Below are positions 1 through 7,157 of a stretch of 23,270 bases of DNA, piece by piece (position 1 is the stretch's first letter; every line of letters starts with the position of its first letter). Location: NCBI GenBank assembly GCA_910577525.1, contig CAJTLI010000006.1:61535-84804 (forward strand), written 5' to 3'. The notes below the pieces were generated by a model. It saw nothing but the letters and a program-made list of their open reading frames with translations. It did not search any database and was not told where the DNA came from. Made by a program: the position numbers and the translations under genes. Origin of the DNA: an uncultured Oscillospiraceae bacterium. Lineage in GTDB: Bacteria; Bacillota; Clostridia; Oscillospirales; Oscillospiraceae.

Positions 1-393
1 GATGACCAGGCCGGTCTTGGAGCGGATCTTGTCCACCAGGCCCTTCTCCTTCAGGGAGTCGCAGTACTCGGAGGTACGGCGGCACTGCCAAACGATGGCG
101 TGATGGATGGGCTCGCCGGTGTTCTTGTCCCACACGATGGTGGTCTCACGCTGGTTGGTGATGCCGATGGCAGCGATGTCCGCGGCGGTGACGCCCAGGT
201 TCCTCATGGCCTCCTGCGCCACTTCCAGCTGGGTGGACCAGATCTCCTCGGCGTCGTGCTCAACCCAGCCGGGCTTGGGGAAGTACTGGGTGAACTCCTT
301 CTGAGCCACACTGCACATCTCGCCCTTCTCGTTGAACAGGATGCAGCGGTTGCTGGTGGTGCCCGCGTCCAGCGCCATTACGTACTTAGCCAT
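1..393 (-). CDS. glpK: glycerol kinase, N-terminal 131 codons (rest of gene lies beyond the left edge)
   Basis: Absent from the ORF track because it runs off the window. The reverse complement from ATG (393-391) reads [131 protein letters not shown]. This carries classic FGGY/GlpK N-terminal motifs (LDxGTTSxR, GWVEHD, NQRETT, VWQCRRT). AAGGAGG lies 9 nt upstream of the ATG. Confidence 0.92.
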   Translation of the reverse strand, partial: MAKYVMALDAGTTSNRCILFNEKGEMCSVAQKEFTQYFPKPGWVEHDAEEIWSTQLEVAQEAMRNLGVTAADIAAIGITNQRETTIVWDKNTGEPIHHAIVWQCRRTSEYCDSLKEKGLVDKIRSKTGLVI

Positions 394-512
394 ACTCGTG
401 TTCCTCCTTTATAAAATAACATGTCCGATGTTGAAAGCAGGCCGTTGGTTCCTGCCCGCCCCCTCCGCAGCGGCGGGCCGCCGCCAGGGCAGGGGACTTT
501 ATGCTGACAATT

Positions 513-541
513 ATTATAGCAAAGACTGGAAAAAAAATCAT
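513..541 (-). promoter_or_regulatory. candidate extended -10 promoter for glpK (ATGATT-17-TGcTATAAT on the minus strand)
   Basis: The minus strand reads TGCTATAAT (plus 513-521) with a weak -35 ATGATT (plus 536-541) at 17-nt spacing, about 120 nt upstream of the glpK ATG. Confidence 0.4.
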
Positions 542-622
542 TCGACAACCTGGGAGGATTGTATGAATTTTATAAATTTTATTTGGTCGTTCGCCGGGTT
601 TTGTACAAATCGTCAACTCTCC

Positions 623-1180
623 TCAGCCCGCCTGGGTCTGGGGGTACAGCTCCTCCGCGGACCGCACCACGCCCAGCAGGCTGTGAAGGCATTCCCGGGC
701 CTCCGCCCAGTCCATCTCCCGGCGGGAGGTGCACAGCTCGATGAAGTAGCTGGTCAGGGCCTTGGCGCAGAAGTCCACCACAAACTCCTGCTGCCGGGGG
801 AGCTGGCGCACGTCCTCCACCTGGAACAGCCGACGGCCCACCCTGGGCCGCACCAGCCCCTCGCAGAAGGTGCGCACCACCTCCGGGCTGCCCGCCAGCA
901 GCACCCGGCGGTAAAAGGCCCGGTCCCCGTCCAGCAGCGCGATGAGCCGCAGGCACCACTCCTCGAAGTCCAGCTCCGGCTCCTGCCGGAGGGGCTCGCC
1001 CAGCTGCTCTTCGCAGATCCAGCCCAGCACGTCATAGATGTCCTGAAAGTGGTAATAGAAGCTCTGCCGCTTCATCTGGGCCCCCTCCATCAGATCCTGC
1101 ACGGTGATCTTGCTCAGGGGCCGCTCCCCCATGAGCTGGCGCAGGGCCCGGGCGATCTTCTGCTTCGTATTGCAACACAT
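623..1180 (-). CDS. TetR/AcrR-family transcriptional regulator, dihydroxyacetone-kinase-regulator (DhaS-like) type
   Basis: 185-aa ORF. The N-terminal HTH (KQKIARALRQLMGERPLSKITVQDLMEGAQMKRQSFYYHFQDIYDVLGWI) is typical of the TetR subgroup annotated as probable dihydroxyacetone kinase regulators. AGGAGGAG RBS upstream. It sits inside a glpK/glpP/dhaKLM locus. Confidence 0.8.
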   Translation of the reverse strand: MCCNTKQKIARALRQLMGERPLSKITVQDLMEGAQMKRQSFYYHFQDIYDVLGWICEEQLGEPLRQEPELDFEEWCLRLIALLDGDRAFYRRVLLAGSPEVVRTFCEGLVRPRVGRRLFQVEDVRQLPRQQEFVVDFCAKALTSYFIELCTSRREMDWAEARECLHSLLGVVRSAEELYPQTQAG

Positions 1181-1382
1181 TCCGGTAAACTCCTCCTATT
1201 CGGGTCCGCAGTGCCTGGCTGCTCGGGGCCTGTGCCACGCCCTTCTGGGTAAAAAAAGAGCGCAGGTTGAAAACCAGCGGTTTCCCACTGCCTCGACCCC
1301 ACAGCGCTCGTCTCAAAGGTTCATGGTATTCAGTTGGCGCGGCTGTCAGCATGCACAGCCGCATACTCCATATATATTTCAT

Positions 1383-1411
1383 AATTTAGCACATATGCAA
1401 AAGAAAATCAA
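1383..1411 (-). promoter_or_regulatory. candidate promoter TTGATT-17-(TGc)TAAATT directed toward the TetR gene
   Basis: The minus strand reads TTGATT (plus 1406-1411), a 17-nt spacer, then TGCTAAATT (plus 1383-1391). It lies in the only AT-rich patch of the 530-bp glpP-TetR spacer. Confidence 0.4.
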
Positions 1412-1591
1412 CATTTTTTGGCAGGCGGCTGTAAAGTTCGACAGGTCCCACAAAATTCCACGTCAATTTTTGCCGAAAGCAACAAAAAATTCCGGTCCAA
1501 AGGGGCCGAGCTCCCACTGCTGGCACAAAATATAGTCATGGCACTTCAAAAGAGGTGATTTACTCCTTTTGAAGTCTGCGGTGCGGAACGG

Positions 1592-1619
1592 CGCAGGGGC
1601 CGCATATGCGGCCCCTGCG
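1592..1619. terminator. perfect 28-nt GC-rich palindrome (12-13 bp stem) downstream of glpP; possible terminator without a U-tract
   Basis: CGCAGGGGCCGCA-TA-TGCGGCCCCTGCG is a perfect inverted repeat 93 nt past the glpP stop. Neither strand has a T-run after it, so terminator function is uncertain. Confidence 0.4.
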
Positions 1620-1711
1620 TCCAACAAAATGTCAGGTCTGTCAAAAGAAAGCGCCGCGCCCCTTGTATTTTTGGGCAGTTTGAGCTATACTTGAATGGAT
1701 TGATCCCGGGA

Positions 1712-2281
1712 TTACATCCGCCAGACCTCCCGGCTGGTGGCGGACACCGCCATGGCTCCCGCCCCCAGGGCGGCCACCACGTCCTCCTTGTCGGCGATGA
1801 GCCCCCCTGCCAGCAGGGGAATCCGGGTGGTCTGGGCGATTTTCCGGATGGTCTTGGGCATCACGCCGGGGAGCACCTCGATGAAGTCGGGCTTCACGCT
1901 CTCCAGCTTGCTGATGCCCGAAAGCGCCATGGAGTCGATGACAAACAGCCGCATGACGGTGAACAGCTTCAGCTCCCGGGCCCGGCGGATGAAGTTGGGC
2001 TTGGTGGTGATGATGCCGTCCACCCGGGTGTTCTGGCGCAGGAAGTCCACAGCGATCTCCTGGCTGGAGGACAGCCCGGCGATCAGGTCCACGTGGACCA
2101 GCACGATTTTCCCCGCGTCCTTGCCCCGGGCCACAATGTCCGCGATGGAGCACAGGTCGCCGAACAGCAGGAATACCACCAGAATATTGTCCAGCGTGAG
2201 GCATTCCTCCAGCTGCTCCATGTCCTTGACCGCCGCGATCACCGGCGAGGCCAGCACCGCGTCGTAAAAGCGCTGATCCAA
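1712..2281 (-). CDS. glpP: glycerol-3-phosphate-responsive antiterminator GlpP
   Basis: The C-terminal 189 codons of track ORF 1712..2596 align in my reading with B. subtilis GlpP: PVIAAVKDMEQLEE..., HVDLIAGL, GIITTKPNFIRRARELKLFTVMRLFVIDSMAL, PDFIEVLPGVMPK, IPLLAGGLI. I place the start at TTG 2281-2279, preceded by AAGGGAGGG at 5-nt spacing. The upstream part of the track ORF overlaps dhaK and the promoter region. Confidence 0.85.
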   Translation of the reverse strand: MDQRFYDAVLASPVIAAVKDMEQLEECLTLDNILVVFLLFGDLCSIADIVARGKDAGKIVLVHVDLIAGLSSSQEIAVDFLRQNTRVDGIITTKPNFIRRARELKLFTVMRLFVIDSMALSGISKLESVKPDFIEVLPGVMPKTIRKIAQTTRIPLLAGGLIADKEDVVAALGAGAMAVSATSREVWRM

Positions 2282-2324
2282 ACGAATCCCTCCCTTTTTT
2301 CGGGTCCGCGCGTACCGAAACTGT

Positions 2325-2353
2325 ATTATAGCTTTTCCCCGGTCCCTTGGCAA
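2325..2353 (-). promoter_or_regulatory. candidate sigma-A promoter for glpP (TTGCCA-17-TATAAT on the minus strand)
   Basis: The minus strand reads TTGCCA (plus 2348-2353), a 17-nt spacer, then TATAAT (plus 2325-2330). This is about 45 nt upstream of the proposed TTG start. Confidence 0.5.
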
Positions 2354-2416
2354 CGTCTTTTCCCGCTGTCTTCTCGAAAAATCTTGCCATTCATTAAAAT
2401 AAAGGAGTGTGTCAGC

Positions 2417-3406
2417 ATGAAGAAGTTCATTAACGCGGTTGACAAGGTAGAAGATCAGATGATCCAGGGCATGGTCAAGGCCTATCCCCAGTACGTGCGG
2501 AAGCTGGACTGCGGCAACGTCGTTGTCCGGGCCAACAGGAAGGAGGGCAAGGTGGCCCTCATCAGCGGCGGCGGCAGCGGCCACGAGCCCGCCCACGGCG
2601 GCTATGTGGGCGAGGGTATGCTGGACGCGGCGGTGGCCGGGGCCGTGTTCACCTCTCCCACCCCCGATCAGGTCTATGAGGGCATCAAGGCCATCGACGC
2701 CGGCGCGGGCGTGCTAATGGTCATCAAGAACTACACCGGCGATGTGATGAACTTCGAGATGGCCGCCGACATGGCCCGGGACGAGGGCATCAAGGTGGCC
2801 CAGGTGGTGGTCAACGACGACGTGGCCGTGAAGGACAGCCTGTACACCGTGGGCCGCCGGGGCGTGGCGGGAACCGTGTTCGTCCACAAGATCGCCGGCG
2901 CCATGGCCGAGACCGGCGCGGATCTGGACGCCGTCCAGGCCGTGGCCCAGAAGGTCGTCGACAACGTGCGCACCATGGGCGCGGCCATCGAGCCCTGCAC
3001 CGTCCCCGCCGCGGGCAAGCCCGGCTTCGAGCTCAGCGAGGACGAGATGGAGGTGGGCATCGGCATCCACGGCGAGCCGGGCACCCACCGGGAGCCCCTC
3101 AAGACCGCCGACGAAATCGTTGACATGCTCATGGCCCAGATCCTGGGCGACCTGGACTTCGCGGGCAGCGAGGTGGCCGTGATGATTAACTCCGCCGGGG
3201 CCACCCCGCTGATGGAGCTGTTCATCATCAACAACCACGTGGCCGACATCCTGGCGGACAAGGGTGTGAAGGTGTACAAGACCTTCGTGGGCGAGTATAT
3301 GACCTCCATCGAGATGGCGGGCTTCTCCATCTCCCTGCTGAAGCTGGACGGCCAGCTCAAGGGCCTGCTGGACGCCAAGGCGGACACCCCGGGCTTCAAG
3401 GCGTAA
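2417..3406 (+). CDS. dhaK: dihydroxyacetone kinase, DhaK (dihydroxyacetone-binding) subunit
   Basis: MKKFINAVDKVEDQMIQGMVKAYPQYV...ALISGGGSGHEPAHGGYVGEGMLDAAVAGAVFTSPTPDQV...VIKNYTGDVMNFEMAA... are hallmark DhaK motifs. The ATG at 2417 is preceded by AAAGGAG. The longer track ORF from 1691 is an in-frame upstream extension through the glpP antisense region. Confidence 0.95.
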   Translation: MKKFINAVDKVEDQMIQGMVKAYPQYVRKLDCGNVVVRANRKEGKVALISGGGSGHEPAHGGYVGEGMLDAAVAGAVFTSPTPDQVYEGIKAIDAGAGVLMVIKNYTGDVMNFEMAADMARDEGIKVAQVVVNDDVAVKDSLYTVGRRGVAGTVFVHKIAGAMAETGADLDAVQAVAQKVVDNVRTMGAAIEPCTVPAAGKPGFELSEDEMEVGIGIHGEPGTHREPLKTADEIVDMLMAQILGDLDFAGSEVAVMINSAGATPLMELFIINNHVADILADKGVKVYKTFVGEYMTSIEMAGFSISLLKLDGQLKGLLDAKADTPGFKA

Positions 3407-3430
3407 TTCTTTCAGGAGAGCGGGTACTGT

Positions 3431-4051
3431 ATGAACACTGAAAAAGTCATTGCCGCCGTCCACAAGATCGCGGCCAAAATTGAGGAGGAAAAGGCCTTCC
3501 TCACCGAGCTGGACAACGTCATCGGCGACGGCGACCACGGCATCAACCTGGCCCGGGGCTTCGGCGAGGTGGAGAAGAAGCTGGACGCCCTGGGGGACAA
3601 GGAGCCCGGCGACGTGCTCAAGACCGTGGGCATGACCCTGGTGTCCACCGTGGGCGGGGCCTCCGGCCCCCTGTACGGCACCGGCTTCATGAAGCTGGGG
3701 GCCGCCCTCAAGGGCAAGGCGGACGTCACCGTCCCCGATTTTCTGGCGGGCCTCCAGCTGGCCATCGAGGGCATCATGCAGCGGGGCCGCTCCACCAAGG
3801 GGGAGAAGACCATGCTGGACGCCATGATCCCCGCCAAGGAGGCCATGGAGGCCAAATGGAACGAGACCTCCGACGCCAAGGCCGCCTTTGCCGCCGGCGT
3901 GGCCGCCGCCTGGGAGGGCGTGGAGTTCACCAAGACCATCGCCGCCACCAAGGGCCGGGCCAGCTACCTGGGGGAGCGGTCCATCGGCCACCAGGACCCC
4001 GGTGCCACCTCCTTCACCATGGTGCTGGAGATCGTGGCGGGCGAGGTGTGA
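3431..4051 (+). CDS. dhaL: dihydroxyacetone kinase, DhaL (ADP-binding) subunit
   Basis: 206-aa ORF with the DhaL signature LTELDNVIGDGDHGINLARGF and ...GGASGPLYGTGF...GRASYLGERSIGHQDPGA. It lies immediately downstream of dhaK. Confidence 0.95.
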   Translation: MNTEKVIAAVHKIAAKIEEEKAFLTELDNVIGDGDHGINLARGFGEVEKKLDALGDKEPGDVLKTVGMTLVSTVGGASGPLYGTGFMKLGAALKGKADVTVPDFLAGLQLAIEGIMQRGRSTKGEKTMLDAMIPAKEAMEAKWNETSDAKAAFAAGVAAAWEGVEFTKTIAATKGRASYLGERSIGHQDPGATSFTMVLEIVAGEV

Positions 4052-4052
4052 T

Positions 4053-4433
4053 ATGGTCGGCTTCGTCATTGTATCCCACAGCGCCAAGCTGGCGGAGGGG
4101 GTGGCCGACCTGGCCCGGATGATGGCCAAAACCGTCCCCATCGCCCCCGCGGGCGGGCTGGAGGACGGGTCCTTCGGCACCAGCTTTGAGAAGATCTCCA
4201 GCGCCATCGGCCAGGTGTACTCTGAGGACGGGGTGATTCTGCTCATGGATATGGGCAGCGCCGTCATGACCGCCGAAATGGTCATTGAGTCCATGGAGGG
4301 CCGGAAGGTGGTCATGGCCGACTGCCCCATCGCCGAGGGCGCCGTCACCGGCACCGTGGGCGCGGAGGCGGGCATGAGCCTGGAGGAGATTCTGGAGGAC
4401 CTGGAGCAGGTGGGCGCGCAGAAAAAGCTTTAA
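4053..4433 (+). CDS. dhaM: PTS-dependent dihydroxyacetone kinase phosphotransferase subunit DhaM (single EIIA-Man-like domain)
   Basis: MVGFVIVSHSAKLAEGVADLA...GTSFEKI...LMDMGSAVM... (126 aa) matches short single-domain DhaM proteins with the VSHS phospho-histidine motif. The ATG at 4053 is in frame within track ORF 3888..4433, 1 nt after the dhaL stop. Confidence 0.9.
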   Translation: MVGFVIVSHSAKLAEGVADLARMMAKTVPIAPAGGLEDGSFGTSFEKISSAIGQVYSEDGVILLMDMGSAVMTAEMVIESMEGRKVVMADCPIAEGAVTGTVGAEAGMSLEEILEDLEQVGAQKKL

Positions 4434-4446
4434 GCACAGCCGTTCA

Positions 4447-4481
4447 GGGCGGCGGGCATCCTCGGATGCCCGCCGCCCTTT
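4447..4481 (+). terminator. intrinsic terminator after dhaM
   Basis: A 14-bp perfect stem GGGCGGCGGGCATC / GATGCCCGCCGCCC with loop CTCG, followed by a short TTT. Confidence 0.6.
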
Positions 4482-4579
4482 CGCGCCCTGCCCCCGGCCT
4501 GTGCCCGCCCCGCAGGGGGCTGACATCCGCCGCCGCTTGGGATATGCCTCCTAAACCTAGTAAACCTATATCATTTCTA

Positions 4580-4608
4580 TTGCCTTTCTCTCCGATCCAT
4601 ATTATAAT
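4580..4608 (+). promoter_or_regulatory. near-consensus promoter TTGCCT-17-TATAAT on the plus strand, pointing antisense into cat
   Basis: TTGCCT 4580-4585, exact 17-nt spacer, TATAAT 4603-4608. No plus-strand gene begins before 5376. Confidence 0.4.
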
Positions 4609-4635
4609 AGGGCGGCGCATACAGGCGGGAGGGCT

Positions 4636-5283
4636 TCACGCCCGGCCCCGGGACTCCGCGAAGCGTGCCAGCTCCTCCTCCAGGGCGGAGAAAAACCGGG
4701 CCATATGCACCCCGTCCACCAGGGCGTGGTTGACCAGCAGGGTCACGGGCATCACGGTCCGCGCCCCCTCCGCTCCATACCTTCCCCAGGTGATCCGGGG
4801 ATTGCTGTCCGCCGGGGCGGGCACCGGCTGGCGCAGCGCGGTGTATCCCACCCAGGGCAGGGTGGAGATGAACAGCAGGCTCAGGGCGTCCTCCCCGTCG
4901 TCCAGGCTGCCGCCGGCCTTGGCCGCCTCCTGAGCCACCTGGGCGGCGGGCAGGAACTCCTCAAAGGGCCTCATGCAGTTCAGCCGGCAGTAGGCGTAGG
5001 CGCCGTCCTCCCGCATCACCGTGTGGGAGGTGTCGCAGGATGGAAACTCCACCGGCCTGCCCTCCGCAATGCGCTGGCGCAGCTGGGGCACCCCGTTGGC
5101 CGCCCGCCCGGCGCAGTACAGGAAGCTGAGAAAAAAGGGAAGACCCCCGTCCCTGCACGCGGCCAGGAAGCGGGTGATATCCACCTGGACCGTCACCCCG
5201 GCGTAGGGGTCGGCCATGGCGTGGAAGTAGTCGAAATGCGCCCTGCGGGGATAGCGCTCCCAATCCAGAACCCGGTACTCCAT
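4636..5283 (-). CDS. cat: type A chloramphenicol O-acetyltransferase (CAT family)
   Basis: 215-aa ORF with CAT-family features: N-terminal W-x-R-x-xHFxxF (LDWERYPRRAHFDYF), the ISTLPW block, and the C-terminal catalytic-His region LLVNHALVDGVHMARFF (compare HHAVCDGxH). GGGAGGA RBS upstream. Confidence 0.88.
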   Translation of the reverse strand: MEYRVLDWERYPRRAHFDYFHAMADPYAGVTVQVDITRFLAACRDGGLPFFLSFLYCAGRAANGVPQLRQRIAEGRPVEFPSCDTSHTVMREDGAYAYCRLNCMRPFEEFLPAAQVAQEAAKAGGSLDDGEDALSLLFISTLPWVGYTALRQPVPAPADSNPRITWGRYGAEGARTVMPVTLLVNHALVDGVHMARFFSALEEELARFAESRGRA

Positions 5284-5316
5284 CCTTCATTCCTCCCATG
5301 TTTTAGTTTCCATAAC

Positions 5317-5345
5317 AGTATACCACAGCGGACGCCAATTGCAAA
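5317..5345 (-). promoter_or_regulatory. candidate cat promoter (TTTGCA-17-TGgTATACT on the minus strand)
   Basis: The minus strand reads TTTGCA (plus 5340-5345), a 17-nt spacer, then TGGTATACT (plus 5317-5325). The 5' UTR is short, with no attenuator hairpin or leader peptide. Confidence 0.45.
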
Positions 5346-5375
5346 GGCGCAAAGGGAAAGCGAGGGAATTGCGGC

Positions 5376-7157
5376 GTGATATTCGGAAAGCATATCAACA
5401 AATATTATGTGAAGTACGCGGGCTGGCTCCTGCTGGGGCTGGCCGCCCTGGTGCTGGTGGACTATATCCAGCTCATTGTCCCCAACCTGTACCAGCAGGT
5501 CATCAACGGCATGAACACGGGGTTTGTGACGGTGGAGGGCGTCAGCGTCCCCTTCGACATGGACTTCCTTCTGGACCGGATCTGTATGCCCATGGTGGGC
5601 ATCGTGCTGGCCATGGTGGCGGGCCGGTTTCTGTGGCGGGTGTGCATCTTCGGCGCGGCCATCAAAGTGGAGACCGGCCTGCGCAACGAGATGTTCGACC
5701 ACGCCAAGGACCTGTCCCGGCAGTTTTACCAGGAGAACAAGGTGGGCGGTCTCATGAGCCTGTTTACCAACGACCTGGAGACGGTTCAGGACTGCTACGG
5801 CTCCGGCTTTCTGATGTTCTTCGACGCGCTGCTGCTGGGCGGCCTGTCCGTCCATCACATGTGGCGGATGGACCCGCTGATGACCGCGCTGTCCATGATC
5901 CCCATGGCCCTGCTGCTGGCCTCCAGCGCGGTGGTGGGCCGGTACATGATGAAGAAGTGGGACGTGCGCCAGGCGGCCTTCTCCAAGCTGTCCGACTTCT
6001 CCCAGGAGAGCTTTTCCGGCATCGCCGTCATCAAGGCCTTTGTCAAGGAGGCCAAGGAGCTGATGGCCTTCAAGGCCCTGAACCGGGAGAACGAGGAGGC
6101 CAACGTGGATTTCACCCGCACCGCCGTGCTGCTGCGCATCCTGGTGACACTGTTTGTGGAGTCGGTGGTGTGCATCATTCTGGGCTACGGCGGCTGGCTG
6201 GTGTGGAAGGGCAGCTTCAACGCCGGGGAGCTGATGGAGTTCATCGGCTATTTCGAGTCGGTGGTGTGGCCCATCATGGCGGTGTCCGAGCTCATCGACA
6301 TGACCAGCCGGGGCCGGGCCTCCCTCAAGCGCATCAGCGAGCTGCTGGACGCCCCCCAGGACGTGGTGGACCGCCCGGACGTGACCCCGCTGGGGGAGGT
6401 GAGGGGGGACGTGGAGTTCCGGCACCTCACCTTCCGCTACCCCGACGGGGAGTTCGACGCCCTGCGGGACGTGTCCTTCTCCATCCGGGCCGGGGAGAGC
6501 GTGGGCATCGTGGGCCGCACCGGGTCGGGCAAGACCACGGTGGTGGACCTGATCCTGCGCACCTGCAACGTGCCCGACGGCGCCGTGTTCGTGGACGGCC
6601 ATGACGTGAACTCCGTCCCCATCCGGGACGTGCGGCGGGCGGCGGCCTACGTGCCCCAGGACAACTTCCTGTTCAGCGACACCATCGCCCGGAACATCGA
6701 CTTCACCGAGACCGTCCCCGACCGGCAGCGGGTGTCCATCGCCGCCGTGCTGGCCGACGTGGACCACGACGTGAGGGACTTCCCCCTGGGCTACGACACC
6801 GTGCTGGGGGAGCGGGGCGTCACCGTGTCCGGCGGGCAGAAGCAGCGCATCTCCATCGCCCGGGCCCTCATCAAGGACGCGCCCATCCTGATCCTGGACG
6901 ACTCGGTGTCCGCCGTGGACACCCAGACCGAGCGGGCCATCCTGGACAACCTGCGCAGGACCCGTCAGGGCCGCACCACCATCCTCATCGCCCACCGTAT
7001 CTCCACGGTGGAGCAGATGGACCGGATTATTTTCCTGGAGGACGGGGCCGTCACCGCCGTGGGGGATCACGCCGGGCTGTACGAGACCTGTCCCGCTTAC
7101 CGCCGCATGGTGGAGCTGCAAAAGCTGGAGGAGGAGGGGGCGAAGCACAATGCCTGA
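5376..7157 (+). CDS. ABC exporter fused permease/ATPase, subunit 1 of a heterodimer (degenerate catalytic site: Walker B ILILDD)
   Basis: 593 aa. N-terminal six-TM exporter domain. NBD with Walker A GRTGSGKTT, Q-loop VPQD, signature VSGGQ, Walker B ILILDD followed by S (Asp replaces the catalytic Glu), and H-loop IAHRIS. GTG start at 5376 with GAGGGAA upstream. Confidence 0.9.
   Translation: MIFGKHINKYYVKYAGWLLLGLAALVLVDYIQLIVPNLYQQVINGMNTGFVTVEGVSVPFDMDFLLDRICMPMVGIVLAMVAGRFLWRVCIFGAAIKVETGLRNEMFDHAKDLSRQFYQENKVGGLMSLFTNDLETVQDCYGSGFLMFFDALLLGGLSVHHMWRMDPLMTALSMIPMALLLASSAVVGRYMMKKWDVRQAAFSKLSDFSQESFSGIAVIKAFVKEAKELMAFKALNRENEEANVDFTRTAVLLRILVTLFVESVVCIILGYGGWLVWKGSFNAGELMEFIGYFESVVWPIMAVSELIDMTSRGRASLKRISELLDAPQDVVDRPDVTPLGEVRGDVEFRHLTFRYPDGEFDALRDVSFSIRAGESVGIVGRTGSGKTTVVDLILRTCNVPDGAVFVDGHDVNSVPIRDVRRAAAYVPQDNFLFSDTIARNIDFTETVPDRQRVSIAAVLADVDHDVRDFPLGYDTVLGERGVTVSGGQKQRISIARALIKDAPILILDDSVSAVDTQTERAILDNLRRTRQGRTTILIAHRISTVEQMDRIIFLEDGAVTAVGDHAGLYETCPAYRRMVELQKLEEEGAKHNA

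Noticed and set aside
332-1252. 306-aa plus-strand ORF spanning the glpK start, the intergenic region and the TetR antisense strand (plus smaller ORFs at 100..414 and 107..304)
   Set aside because: It crosses a promoter and RBS region and lies antisense to two genes with clear homology. The product is low-complexity.
1691-2416. Upstream 242 codons of track ORF 1691..3406, as if DhaK were 571 aa
   Set aside because: The DhaK homology starts at MKKFINAV (2417), which has its own RBS. The upstream portion is antisense to glpP and is P/G/H/D-rich.
2282-2596. N-terminal extension of the glpP track ORF (start at 2596)
   Set aside because: The extension overlaps the dhaK coding region and both divergent promoters. 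GlpP homology begins near the TTG at 2281, which has a strong AAGGGAGGG RBS.
2714-4375. 553-aa minus-strand ORF antisense to dhaK-dhaL-dhaM
   Set aside because: It is a shadow ORF of a high-GC region. The product is low-complexity (G/H/A/V/L/D/P-rich) with no recognisable motif or RBS, and it fully overlaps three genes with unmistakable homology.
5284-5375. A PadR operator copy upstream of the ABC exporter, by analogy with LmrR-lmrCD
   Set aside because: No CTCGAWWWTCGAG or CTCGA half-site pair is present in the cat-exporter spacer, so direct control by the neighbouring PadR is not supported by sequence.
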